This document shows positions 1 to 8,116 of a stretch of DNA of 64,000 bases, piece after piece. The translations under genes were made by a program, and so were the position numbers. Numbering within the stretch: the stretch's first letter is position 1; each line of letters begins with the position of its first letter. The notes below the pieces were generated by a model. That model ran no database searches. It saw only the letters and a list, made by a program, of their open reading frames with translations, and was not told the origin of the DNA. The stretch covers positions 17,823-81,822 of the forward strand of contig CAMVRT010000008.1 in assembly GCA_947169975.1 (NCBI GenBank). The letters run 5' to 3'. The DNA comes from an uncultured Oscillospiraceae bacterium. GTDB lineage: Bacteria > Bacillota > Clostridia > Oscillospirales > Oscillospiraceae.

Positions 1-292
1 AGCGGATGCCCGATGTGGCGGGCGGCTTGCTGTTGAACTCATCCGAGCCGGAGCGGTTGCCGGAGAAGCGCACGCCCCGCAGAACGGAGCTGTCCCGGTC
101 GTCCCGGTCGATGAAGTGGAGTGCGCCGTCCAGTACGGCGTCGCCGCCGCCGGGGTTGGTGCCGGGATCGGTCTGGGACTGTCCACCGGGATTGTCGGTT
201 GGGTTCTCGGCGGGTTTGTTGGCGGCGCAGCCGCAGGCCGTCAGGCCCAGGATGAGCGCCAGCGTCAGTGCGATGGTCAAGAGCTTTTTCAC
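1..292 (-). CDS. lipoprotein, N-terminal part (gene runs off the left edge)
   Basis: GTG start at 292 is preceded by GGAAGGAGAGG. Translation VKKLLTIALTLALILGLTACG... has a signal peptide plus lipobox. The frame stays open to position 2. It is absent from the ORF track because there is no stop in the window. Confidence 0.6.
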   Translation of the reverse strand, partial: MKKLLTIALTLALILGLTACGCAANKPAENPTDNPGGQSQTDPGTNPGGGDAVLDGALHFIDRDDRDSSVLRGVRFSGNRSGSDEFNSKPPATSGIR

Positions 293-419
293 GGTGATCC
301 TCTCCTTCCGTCAGGTCGCGTTTCCGGTTGGTTTGTGTTTTTCCAGTTCCTGCCAATCATTTTACCAGTTCCCCGCCGCCGTGTCAACGGTGAGGGTGCC
401 GATCTGTTCGCGGCGAAAA

Positions 420-846
420 GCATCGCAGATTTCGCGGCGCGCACGCCGCGAAAGCCTCGCAGATAAGTGAGTGCCCAAATCTCTGATTTGGCTGCACGAA
501 CTAATGCGTTAGCTGTTCGCGCCGCGCACGGCGCGAAGACATTTAATCGTATTTTGCCGCGGCGTTAAGTGAGCGCCCAAATCTGTGATTTGGCTGCGCG
601 AACTTATGCATGCGAGCGAAGCGAGTCGTAGTACGTGGCAAAAAACACCTCTCACCCTGCCAGTGTGCGAACTCCTGGGGTCCCCGCCGCAAACCAACGA
701 AGTGTTTGCGGTGGGGAGAGGAGACGCAACGGAGCGAGTGAGACGTGGCGCTTGCGCCGCGGCGAGGAATGCGCAGTCTGCGTCGACGAAGTGCGCGCAG
801 CAGGGTGCAAACCTTCTCGCCCGAAATCCGCAGATTTCGGGCGAAT
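420..846 (+). repeat. family-C mosaic hairpin element, copy 1 (subtype b, with nested extra modules)
   Basis: 452-654 is about 95 percent identical by eye to 10954-11155. The ends (gcatcgcagatttcgcg ... ctcgcccgaaatccgcagatttcgggcg) match copy 3 at 12641-12812. It lies directly 3' of the pfkA stop. Confidence 0.7.
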
Positions 847-849
847 TAT

Positions 850-1839
850 TTATGTTCCTGTCATCACCGTCATGACCTTGAACTCCTCGGGGTTCAGGGT
901 CTTTTTCATCTGCAGGGCCTCGGCAATGTCCCGGTCCACGATTTTGTCGCCCTCGGCGCAGATGATCCGGTTGGTCTTGCCCTCGGAGAGCAGGCGCACA
1001 GCCTCGTAGCCCATGCGGGTGGCCATGACCCGGTCCTTGACGGTGGGTGCGCCGCCCCGCTGGATGTGGCCCAGGATAGTGACCCGGGGATCCAGGCCCA
1101 GCTCGGCGCGGATCTGCTCACCCACGCTGACGGCGCTGACAGCGCCCTCGGCCACCACGATGATGAAGTTGGTCTTGCCGCTGAGCCGGGCCCGGCGGAT
1201 CTTCTCGGCCACGTGCTCGTCGAAGTTGTAGGGGTACTCCGGCACCAGCACGGCGGTGGCGCCCACGGCCACGCCCACATGGAGGGCCAGATACCCGGCG
1301 TGGCGTCCCATGACCTCCACCACGGCGCAGCGCTCATGGGACTGCATGGTGTCCCGGAGCCGGTCGATGCAGTCCACGGCGGTGTTGGCGGCGGTGTCGA
1401 AGCCGATGGTGTAGTCGGTGCAGCCGATGTCGTTGTCGATGGTGCCGGGGATGCCCACCACGCTGACGCCGTACCGGGACAGATCCAGGGCGCCGCGGAA
1501 GGTGCCGTCGCCGCCGATGGCCACGATGCCCTCCAGTCCCAGCAGCTTGCAGGTAGCGGCGGCCTTCTGCTGTCCGGCCTCGGTGCGGAACTCGTCGCTG
1601 CGGGCGGTGTAGAGCACGGTGCCGCCCCGGTTGATGATGCGGCTGACGTCGGACCCGGTCATGGGGGCGAAGTCGCCGCTGATGAGTCCGGCCCAGCCCC
1701 GGCGGATGCCGATGCACTCGATGCCCCGGCGATAGGCCGAGCGCACCACGCTGCGGATGGCGGCGTTCATGCCGGGGGCGTCGCCGCCGCTGGTCAGCAC
1801 GCCGATGCGCCGGACGGCGCCGGTATTCTCGTTTTCCAT
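850..1839 (-). CDS. pfkA: ATP-dependent 6-phosphofructokinase
   Basis: Motifs RIGVLTSGGDAPGMNAAIR, GGDGT, TIDND and MGR are present. Start moved from 1866 to ATG 1839 (MENEN...) because GGGAGGA lies 6 nt upstream. Confidence 0.92.
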   Translation of the reverse strand: MENENTGAVRRIGVLTSGGDAPGMNAAIRSVVRSAYRRGIECIGIRRGWAGLISGDFAPMTGSDVSRIINRGGTVLYTARSDEFRTEAGQQKAAATCKLLGLEGIVAIGGDGTFRGALDLSRYGVSVVGIPGTIDNDIGCTDYTIGFDTAANTAVDCIDRLRDTMQSHERCAVVEVMGRHAGYLALHVGVAVGATAVLVPEYPYNFDEHVAEKIRRARLSGKTNFIIVVAEGAVSAVSVGEQIRAELGLDPRVTILGHIQRGGAPTVKDRVMATRMGYEAVRLLSEGKTNRIICAEGDKIVDRDIAEALQMKKTLNPEEFKVMTVMTGT

Positions 1840-1878
1840 ATTCGTTCCTCCCTTTTTCGGGTGCATTTTTCTGAACTG

Positions 1879-1907
1879 ATTTTACCACGGTTTTCCGCCT
1901 GCTTCAA
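1879..1907 (-). promoter_or_regulatory. sigmaA-type promoter for pfkA
   Basis: On the minus strand: TTGAAG, 17 nt, TAAAAT with TGG extended -10. It lies about 40 nt upstream of the RBS. Confidence 0.5.
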
Positions 1908-1920
1908 GGTTTTTCGTCCC

Positions 1921-2196
1921 CTGGGGGATCCCCCGTCATTGCGAGCCGGTGCAGCCGCCCAAAACGCCGCGGCAATCCGCAACTCCCCCAAGCCTTCTCC
2001 TTGGGGAGAAGGTGGCCGCGCCAGCGGCCGGATGAGGGGTCAGCATCGCGGGCCTCTGCGCCCGCCCAATCCGCCGCGGCAATCCGCACTCCCCCCCCAA
2101 GCCTTCCCCCTGGGGGGAAGGTGCCCCAGTGCGCACACTGGGGCGGATGAGGGGTGACGCCGCCGCCCCTACCGCCGCGGCAATCCGCAACTCCCC
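1921..2196 (+). repeat. mosaic of short hairpin modules (A and B types)
   Basis: Contains gtcattgcgag...gcggcaatccg (A) and ccttc(c/t)cc..gg(g/a)gaagg...cggatgagggg (B, twice). The same modules recur at more than 15 sites in the window. Confidence 0.75.
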
Positions 2197-2197
2197 C

Positions 2198-2905
2198 TCA
2201 CATCCACCGCAGCAGGCCCAGGATCAGCAGGTGGGCCGGATAGAACACATAGAAAAACCACTTGTGGAAGGGATTTCGGCTGCCGCTCCGTCCGCTGTAG
2301 CCCAGAGCCAGCAGCAGCGGCGCCGACAGCAGGCCCAGATTGTGCAGTCCCGTCCACCACGGCCAGCCGTAGCGGATGTAGAGCCAGATGAGATCCCCTG
2401 CCGCAATCACGCACAGCCCTGTAAAGGCGATCCACTTTACCTTTGGTCTGTCCCGGAGCATGACCAGCGCCAGCGGCCACAGCACATCGTAGCAGGCCCA
2501 GTCGCCCCATTGGGAGAGCCACACCAGCCCCGCGATAAGCGCCAGCCGCAGCAGCGGATGGACGGGCAGCTTGTCCCAGATCCACACGGCCAGCAGCCCC
2601 AGCAGCAGGGTGTAGATGACGCCGAAGGAGGGGCTGAACCACTTTCCCGTCTCGAAATAGCTGAAGGCGGGCCAGGACAAAAGCGCGAAAAGCGCCAGCC
2701 GTGCGGCATAGCGCTTCACGTCCCGGGTGTGGAAATACCCCTCCGCGATGAAAAAGGCCATGGTGGGGCCGGTGAGCCGGCCGATGAAGTGCATGGCCTG
2801 TCCGGTGCGGGACAGCAGGGGCACGAAGGCCCACGCCACGTGGTCGACGACCATGGCGAGGATCACCAGATATTTCAGTTGATTGCGGTTGAGTCCACGT
2901 TCCAT
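2198..2905 (-). CDS. TraX family membrane protein
   Basis: Multi-TM protein (LKYLVILAMVVDHVAW..., FFIAEGYFHTRD) resembling the TraX family. Start set to ATG 2905, 5 nt after AGGAGG; the longer ORF to 3070 runs into repeat DNA. Confidence 0.7.
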   Translation of the reverse strand: MERGLNRNQLKYLVILAMVVDHVAWAFVPLLSRTGQAMHFIGRLTGPTMAFFIAEGYFHTRDVKRYAARLALFALLSWPAFSYFETGKWFSPSFGVIYTLLLGLLAVWIWDKLPVHPLLRLALIAGLVWLSQWGDWACYDVLWPLALVMLRDRPKVKWIAFTGLCVIAAGDLIWLYIRYGWPWWTGLHNLGLLSAPLLLALGYSGRSGSRNPFHKWFFYVFYPAHLLILGLLRWM

Positions 2906-2933
2906 GGCGTCCTCCTGTGTGCAGGGTACCCAC

Positions 2934-3112
2934 CAAAGCCTTCCCCCTGGGGGAAAATCAGCGAAGCGCTGCCTGCGGCAGATGAAGCGAGGCGGAATCG
3001 AGGAAGTGTCCCGCTTGCCGCGACCGATGGGAGCGGGAAGCGGCTGACACGACGGTGGGCCGGTTCGCAAACCGGCCGCGGCAATCCGTCCCCTCCCGCT
3101 GCGATCCGTCCT
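2934..3112 (+). repeat. B-long hairpin-module repeat
   Basis: ccttccccctggggg aaaatcagcgaagcg...ggcggaatcgagga...cgcgaccgatgggagcg..cgacggtgggc. Related copies lie at 3641-3962, 11261-11425, 19880-19975 and 27797-27960. Confidence 0.7.
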
Positions 3113-3146
3113 GTTCTTTTTTCCATCATACCACCCCGCTCCCCCT

Positions 3147-3175
3147 TTTACAAGTGCCCGCCGATGTGGTATAAT
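3147..3175 (+). promoter_or_regulatory. sigmaA-type promoter for the 84-aa ORF
   Basis: TTTACA, 17 nt, TGG-TATAAT (extended -10). Confidence 0.55.
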
Positions 3176-3201
3176 GGGGCAAAGCGCAAAGGAGTGGTGT
3201 T

Positions 3202-3456
3202 ATGCATCCCCAGTTTCAGGATTATACGGTACAGTGGTTCAAGCGGGCCCACGTCTACACCGGCAGCATCGGTGACTTCCGCTATCGCTACGCCCAGCAG
3301 GGCGAGGAGGCGCTGAAGGCCTCGGTCTACAGCAAGATCTGCTACGAGCTGGCCGACGATGTGGAGGAGGAGACCTTCCCCTGGACGGAGGAGGGCGTCA
3401 AGGCCCTGCAGGAATGGGTGCAGGGCAAATACGAGGCGTTCTGCGAGAAGAAATAA
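3202..3456 (+). CDS. hypothetical small acidic protein (84 aa)
   Basis: AAAGGAG RBS, its own promoter and its own terminator. I recognise no family. Confidence 0.55.
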   Translation: MHPQFQDYTVQWFKRAHVYTGSIGDFRYRYAQQGEEALKASVYSKICYELADDVEEETFPWTEEGVKALQEWVQGKYEAFCEKK

Positions 3457-3463
3457 CGGACAA

Positions 3464-3497
3464 GGCGGGAGCAAACGCTCCCGCCTTTGGTTTTCGT
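3464..3497 (+). terminator. rho-independent terminator
   Basis: Hairpin ggcgggagc-aaac-gctcccgcc followed by tttggttttcgtt. Confidence 0.7.
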
Positions 3498-3962
3498 TCT
3501 GTCATTGCGAGGCGGCTTCGCCGCAGCTGCAATCCGTCATATCAAAGAGCGGATTCCACGTCGCTTCGCTCCTCGGATTGACTGAAGCGGTGTCATTGCG
3601 AGGGCACAAAGTGCCCGCGGCAATCCGTATCCCTCCGTCCAAAGCCTTCCCCTTGGGGAAATCAGCGAAGCGCCGCCAGCGCCAGCGACGCCCCGCGAGG
3701 GACGAGCGGATGGCGGAGCAAGTGCCCTTGGGGTATGGCGGATGAAGCGAGCTGATTTCGAGGAATTCGGCGAAACGCCGCCTGTGGCGGATACAGTGAG
3801 CCGAATTCGAGGAAGGCCCCCGCTTGTCGCGACCGATGGGAGCGAGAAGCGGCTGGGCCGACGGTGAGCAAGAGTGTCCCGGTTTTCACGACCAACGGGA
3901 GCGAAAACCGGTTGACACGACGGTGGGCAAAGAAGGTGGCCGCGCAGCGGCCAGATGAGGTG
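3498..3962 (+). repeat. 465-bp mosaic of A, D and B-long hairpin modules
   Basis: Two gtcattgcgag..caatccg units, one ggattcc..cggat(t)g unit, then two B-long units. I see no credible ORF. Confidence 0.7.
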
Positions 3963-3978
3963 TTGCCGTGTCTCCTCA

Positions 3979-4563
3979 TCAATCCGTCACCACATAGTAC
4001 CAGTGGTCCTTCAGCCTTTCGATGGACATGATGTAGGGCTCGTTCTCCCGGATCAGCTCCTCACCCCCGGAGGAGTAGATCAGCTGGATGGAGCCGTCCG
4101 GCGCACCCCGGAAGATCCAGAAGCCGACAACCTGACCTTCCCCGTCGTTCTGATAGAGGAACACCTCTCCGTCGGAGGAGAGGCGCCGATACCCCATGGG
4201 CAGCCGGATGTTCCCGATCCCGTCATTGGGCGACAGCTCCCCGGTGCGGATCATCTCCAGCACCTCCTGTCTTGGCGCATCGTACAGGTTCAGCTCCAGC
4301 TTCACTTTTGCGTCTCTGAACGGGAAAAAGACCACCAGCGCGGCCAGCAGCGCCAGGACCGCCAGGCCGGCGTATCCGCGTCTGTCCCTTCTGATCTGCC
4401 GAACGGTCAAAACCAGCAGCGCGATGAAGCAGCCCAGCAGGAGCAGATAGACATGGAACACAAGGACCCAGAACATGGAAAACAGATGGTCGCCGAACCA
4501 ATGCACGGTGAAAGACACCGCCAGCAGCAGGATCGACAGAAGCAGCAGGCCGTTCTTTTTCAT
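3979..4563 (-). CDS. membrane protein, unknown function
   Basis: Start at ATG 4563 (MKKNGLLLL...) after GGGGAGTGAG. Has three predicted TM segments plus a soluble C-terminal domain. It begins 7 nt after the upstream lipoprotein gene. Confidence 0.6.
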   Translation of the reverse strand: MKKNGLLLLSILLLAVSFTVHWFGDHLFSMFWVLVFHVYLLLLGCFIALLVLTVRQIRRDRRGYAGLAVLALLAALVVFFPFRDAKVKLELNLYDAPRQEVLEMIRTGELSPNDGIGNIRLPMGYRRLSSDGEVFLYQNDGEGQVVGFWIFRGAPDGSIQLIYSSGGEELIRENEPYIMSIERLKDHWYYVVTD

Positions 4564-4570
4564 AGCGGTC

Positions 4571-4996
4571 TCACTCCCCGTCGTCTGCAAAGGGGGTCAC
4601 GCTCTCCGGCACGGCGCCGGTGTCGTTCAGCGCCCGGTACACCATGGGCTGCTCCATGACCCCGCCCTCGTAAAAGCGGATGAGCCACGCCCCGTTGGGA
4701 TCATCGCTGAGGGCGTAGACGCGGTCGTTTTCATCGCCGGACACGTAGCCCAGGCAGTCGCCGTAGGCGTAGCTCAGGTCCCGCCGCACCCCCCTGGGCG
4801 CGATAAGGCCGTAAGGCATAAATACTTTATCCCCGTTCTGCAGCACGGTGCAGCCGGTGTTCTCCCCCTCCGGAACGTACTCCCCCCGGGTAAAGACCGC
4901 CGGGTTTTCCGGCAGGGGCTTTCTCCCGTTGCCGCACCCGGTCAGCAGGTTGGCGCACAGCACCGCCGCCAGCACGAGATAGATGGTTTTCTTCAT
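4571..4996 (-). CDS. lipoprotein
   Basis: Start ATG 4996 after AAGGGAGAAGGAAG. Signal peptide MKKTIYLVLAAVLCANLLTGCG with a lipobox. Confidence 0.7.
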   Translation of the reverse strand: MKKTIYLVLAAVLCANLLTGCGNGRKPLPENPAVFTRGEYVPEGENTGCTVLQNGDKVFMPYGLIAPRGVRRDLSYAYGDCLGYVSGDENDRVYALSDDPNGAWLIRFYEGGVMEQPMVYRALNDTGAVPESVTPFADDGE

Positions 4997-5007
4997 CTTC
5001 CTTCTCC

Positions 5008-5153
5008 CTTCTGTCATTGCGAGGGCACGAAGTGCCCGCGGCAATCCGCAAGCCAACACGCGGATTCCCACGACAGTGACGTCGGTCACTGTCTCGGAAT
5101 GACGACGGTATTTGTCATTGCGAGGCGGCTTCGCCGCCGCGGCAATCCGTCTT
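5008..5153 (+). repeat. A-D-A hairpin modules between two lipoprotein genes
   Basis: gtcattgcgagggcacgaagtgcccgcggcaatccg / cggattcccacgacagtgacgtcggtcactgtctcggaatgac / gtcattgcgaggcggcttcgccgccgcggcaatccg. Confidence 0.75.
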
Positions 5154-5154
5154 C

Positions 5155-5586
5155 CTATATCTCCGGCCGGCGGGGCAGCTCGCGAACGGGCGTCCAATGC
5201 TCCGGCAGCGGGATACCGTTTCCGGCGCAGGCGTCGGCAAAGCCCGCCTCGTCGTACGGTCCCAGCACCTGCTCTCCGTCCACCAGAAAGATATAGTAAT
5301 CCAGTTCCCCGTGGGGCTCCCGGCTGTAGTCCGTCTCGTCGGGCTCCATGGTCTCGTGCTGCAGCAGAATATAGTCGTCGTCCCAGGCAACGGCATAGAT
5401 CTCCGCATCGATGATGATCTCACCGCCGCCGGGGGAGTCCCGCTTCAGCAGCACGATGTTGTGGGCGCTGAGCCGCCATATCTCATAGTTCTCCGTCAGC
5501 GGCCGGGAAGCCCAGTCTCCCATCCCGGCGCACCCGGTAAGGCACAGGGCGGCGCAAAGCGCTGCCGCGCAGATGGCCCGTTTCAT
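5155..5586 (-). CDS. lipoprotein
   Basis: Start ATG 5586 (MKRAICAAALCAALCLTGCAG) with a lipobox. The longer ORF to 5772 covers repeat DNA. Confidence 0.7.
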   Translation of the reverse strand: MKRAICAAALCAALCLTGCAGMGDWASRPLTENYEIWRLSAHNIVLLKRDSPGGGEIIIDAEIYAVAWDDDYILLQHETMEPDETDYSREPHGELDYYIFLVDGEQVLGPYDEAGFADACAGNGIPLPEHWTPVRELPRRPEI

Positions 5587-5611
5587 GTTCGGTTTCTCCC
5601 TCCTGTCATAG

Positions 5612-5712
5612 GGTTGGATTCCCACGACCAGCTTGCCAGCTGGTCTCGGAATGACGACGGTATTTGTCATTGCGGGGGCACGAAGCGCCCTCGGCAATCC
5701 GTCTACTCCGCA
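5612..5712 (+). repeat. D plus A hairpin modules
   Basis: ggattcccacgaccagcttgccagctggtctcggaatgac followed by gtcattgcgggggcacgaagcgccctcggcaatccg. Confidence 0.7.
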
Positions 5713-5717
5713 GTCCC

Positions 5718-5921
5718 TTATCCTTCCCGCCACTCCAGCAGATCGCCGGGCTGGCAGTTCAGCGCCGCGCACAGCTTATCCAGCGTGTCCACCCGCACCG
5801 CCCGGGCCTTGCCGGTCTTGAGGACGGACAGGTTGGCCAGGGTGATGCCCACCTTCTCGCTCAGCTCCGTCAGGGTCATCTTCCGCCGGGCCATCATCAC
5901 GTCGATATTGAAAACGATCAT
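5718..5921 (-). CDS. XRE/Cro-family HTH transcriptional regulator (YozG-like, 67 aa)
   Basis: MTLTELSEKVGITLANLSVLKTGKARAVRVDTLDKLCAALNCQPGDLLEW is the typical short HTH_26-like regulator that pairs with DUF2975 proteins. Confidence 0.85.
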   Translation of the reverse strand: MIVFNIDVMMARRKMTLTELSEKVGITLANLSVLKTGKARAVRVDTLDKLCAALNCQPGDLLEWREG

Positions 5922-6073
5922 ACCTTCCCGCCTCTCTTTCTAACACCCTCCCAAGTCTGCATGGGGTGGGTCCGGGAGGGGAGGGTATGCCCCTCCCGGC
6001 TATTTTCAATCCATCCCGCGAAGCGGGAAATCTGAGCCCGCGGGCTCTTGAAAACGATCATCAGCCCACCCCC

Positions 6074-6559
6074 TTAAATGGTCAAGTCCTGATCTTCCTT
6101 CATCTCCGCGGCGTCGTCCACCAGATGGCTCAGCACCAAGGCGGCGATGCCCACGGCGGCGCAGACGAACATCACCGCCGGGGTACAGACCACCGCCAGC
6201 GGCGCCGAGCCTGCCCCCATGATGGCCACAGTCACCATGCCCGCCGGGAAGATCACCGCGTCAGCGAAGGCCAGAATGGCAATCACCCGCAGGCACACGG
6301 CGTTCTGCCGGGTAAAAGCGCCCTCGCTCCGGGAGATGCTGGAGAACACCAGCCACGCCGGATAAACGGCGGCGAAGATCGGCAGCGCAAAGATCCACGC
6401 CCAGATGAGGCAGGGCCAGTAGGCCCAGGCGAACTCCGGCTCGGCGGCCGCCATCTCTCTGCCCATCATGGGCAGCCACGCGAAGAAGAACAGCCCCGCC
6501 AGCAGCACCGCCGCGATGAGCACGGCGTGCAGAAGACGGGTCATTGTCGTTTTTTTCAT
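6074..6559 (-). CDS. DUF2975-like membrane protein
   Basis: 161 aa with 4 TM segments, located immediately upstream of the short XRE regulator. This is the conserved gene pair in Firmicutes. Confidence 0.7.
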   Translation of the reverse strand: MKKTTMTRLLHAVLIAAVLLAGLFFFAWLPMMGREMAAAEPEFAWAYWPCLIWAWIFALPIFAAVYPAWLVFSSISRSEGAFTRQNAVCLRVIAILAFADAVIFPAGMVTVAIMGAGSAPLAVVCTPAVMFVCAAVGIAALVLSHLVDDAAEMKEDQDLTI

Positions 6560-6586
6560 GGAAAACCACTCCTTTCCTTTGCCGCT

Positions 6587-6615
6587 ATCCTACCACGATA
6601 CATATTGTCTGTCAA
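6587..6615 (-). promoter_or_regulatory. sigmaA-type promoter for the DUF2975/XRE pair
   Basis: On the minus strand: TTGACA, 17 nt, TGG-TAGGAT. Confidence 0.55.
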
Positions 6616-6706
6616 GTATAATTTATCGTTTTTCAATAAATTATTCATGTACTGCGGAAACTGCCGTCCGTAAGCGCAAACGGCGGATGCGGGGGTGTAT
6701 GCTGCG

Positions 6707-6744
6707 CAAAAAGCCCGCCCTCTCCTGCTTGGAGAGAGCGGGCT
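6707..6744 (-). terminator. rho-independent terminator
   Basis: Minus strand: cagcccgctctctccaagcaggagagggcgggc plus ttttt. A near-identical copy lies at 8054-8090. Confidence 0.75.
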
Positions 6745-6781
6745 GATGTTCACTTGTCACATGTCAGACGGTGCGGCCGCG

Positions 6782-7948
6782 TCAGTTCTTGTGAAACACA
6801 AGCTCGCCCAGATACAGGGTGCTGCCATCGAGATACCAGCAGTCGTCATCAGACCCGGCATCTGCGGAGTATCTGAATGTCACCTCGTCGTCGTCCATAT
6901 CCAGCGACAGTTCCTTGTCGCTGTCCACGGACCACTTGAAGTCCGCGCTTTCAATCTCCTCGCCACCATAGATGTACTTCAGCTCGCCCTTGCCGCCGGA
7001 CTGGAAGGTCATCCTTAACTCGATCGTCCCTTCGTAAGAATCTTCCTTGCAGCTCCATGTGCCCACCAGGTCGCTGTCTTCCTTTTTGTCAGTGTCGGGC
7101 TTGTCAGTGTCGGGCTTGTCGCCGCCGCTGTAGCTGTAGCTGCCGCTCGTCATCTTCGAACCGCCCATATACAGGGTGTCGCCGTCCACGTACCAGAAGA
7201 CGTCGTCCCCGTCAGGTTCTTCCTTGGCCTTGTTCTTGTCGAACGTGAGCGTCTCCTTGTCCCCGTCATGATCCAGCGTCAGCGTCTTGTCCTCGTCCAC
7301 AGACCACTTGAACGCCTCGTTTTGGACCTCTTTGCCGTCGTAGAACACCTTTGCCTCGCCCTTGCCGCCGGACTGGAAGGTCATCTCAATGGCGTACTTG
7401 TCCTCCTCATAGGACCAGGTGCCGACCAGCAGCTCGGCGGGTTCCTTCTTCTTTGCGGTATCCCCGTCGGACTTCCTGTCGTCCTGTTGGGTGGTCTCCT
7501 TTTCGTCGTCTTTCCCGCTGAGCCTGTCCTTGATGTTGCCCACGTTCAGCACATAGAGCACCACAGCCACCGCCGCCAGCAGGGCCAGCACGCCGGCAAT
7601 GATGCCGATGACGGCGCCGGTGCTCATCTTCCGCTTGACGGGTGCCTCCGGCGCTGCGGGTGCCGCCGGCGGGGCATACGGCTCCGGCGCGGCATACGCT
7701 GCCGGCGGGGCATACGGCTCCGGCGTGGCGGGTGGTGCTGCCGGCGGAGCATATGTCACCGGCGCTTTGGGCGTCGCCGGTGCGTCAGGCGCAGAAGACG
7801 CGGCGGGCTTGAAGGTGGACGACATCTTCAGCGTCTGGGCAGGCGCTGCGTCCGGCGTCCGGGCAGGCGCCGCGCCCAGCTTGGCGCCGCACACAGAGCA
7901 GAAGGCGGCGCCGTCTGCGATCTGGTTTCCGCAATTAGGGCAAAACAT
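6782..7948 (-). CDS. zinc-ribbon membrane protein with P/A-rich linker and two lipocalin-like extracellular repeats
   Basis: Start ATG 7948 (MFCPNCGNQIADGAAFCSVCG) after AGAGAGGGA. One TM segment. Repeated (L)VGTWS...TFQSGGKGE...FKWSVD...W(Y)(V/L)DG(D/S)TLY modules. Confidence 0.75.
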   Translation of the reverse strand: MFCPNCGNQIADGAAFCSVCGAKLGAAPARTPDAAPAQTLKMSSTFKPAASSAPDAPATPKAPVTYAPPAAPPATPEPYAPPAAYAAPEPYAPPAAPAAPEAPVKRKMSTGAVIGIIAGVLALLAAVAVVLYVLNVGNIKDRLSGKDDEKETTQQDDRKSDGDTAKKKEPAELLVGTWSYEEDKYAIEMTFQSGGKGEAKVFYDGKEVQNEAFKWSVDEDKTLTLDHDGDKETLTFDKNKAKEEPDGDDVFWYVDGDTLYMGGSKMTSGSYSYSGGDKPDTDKPDTDKKEDSDLVGTWSCKEDSYEGTIELRMTFQSGGKGELKYIYGGEEIESADFKWSVDSDKELSLDMDDDEVTFRYSADAGSDDDCWYLDGSTLYLGELVFHKN

Positions 7949-8010
7949 AAGGATCCCTCTCTTTCTCATTCTGATGGTTTTCCGCCATCCTGTCGGAATC
8001 TGTCATGTTT

Positions 8011-8039
8011 ATCTTATCAGCCCCGCATCCCGCTGTCAA
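8011..8039 (-). promoter_or_regulatory. sigmaA-type promoter for 6782-7948
   Basis: On the minus strand: TTGACA, 17 nt, TAAGAT. Confidence 0.5.
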
Positions 8040-8053
8040 GCGATCCGTGAAGC

Positions 8054-8090
8054 AAAAAGCCCGCTCCCTCCTTCTTGGAGAGAGCGGGCT
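8054..8090 (-). terminator. rho-independent terminator
   Basis: Minus strand: cagcccgctctctccaagaaggagggagcgggc plus tttttgc. Confidence 0.75.
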
Positions 8091-8116
8091 GATGTTCACT
8101 TTGTCACCGCGGCGGA

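Noticed and set aside
745-2157. 470-aa plus-strand ORF overlapping pfkA. Similar long antisense ORFs are 13458-15896, 17207-19225, 19990-22686, 22795-24108, 24298-26358, 44362-46332, 46214-48262, 49455-51659, 60015-62108 and others.
   Set aside because: Each lies opposite a gene with clear family motifs. They have G/A/V/H/L/D/R-rich low-complexity composition and no RBS. This is the expected stop-codon-poor antisense frame of GC-rich DNA.
1904-2190. Short ORFs inside repeat mosaics, with the same kind at 3359-3982, 11087-11528, 12264-12684, 19222-20079 and 27593-28112.
   Set aside because: They translate hairpin modules (..LAMTG.., ..AARNDG.., ..PLGGRW..) and recur in both orientations. They have no RBS, and the reading frames are not conserved between copies.
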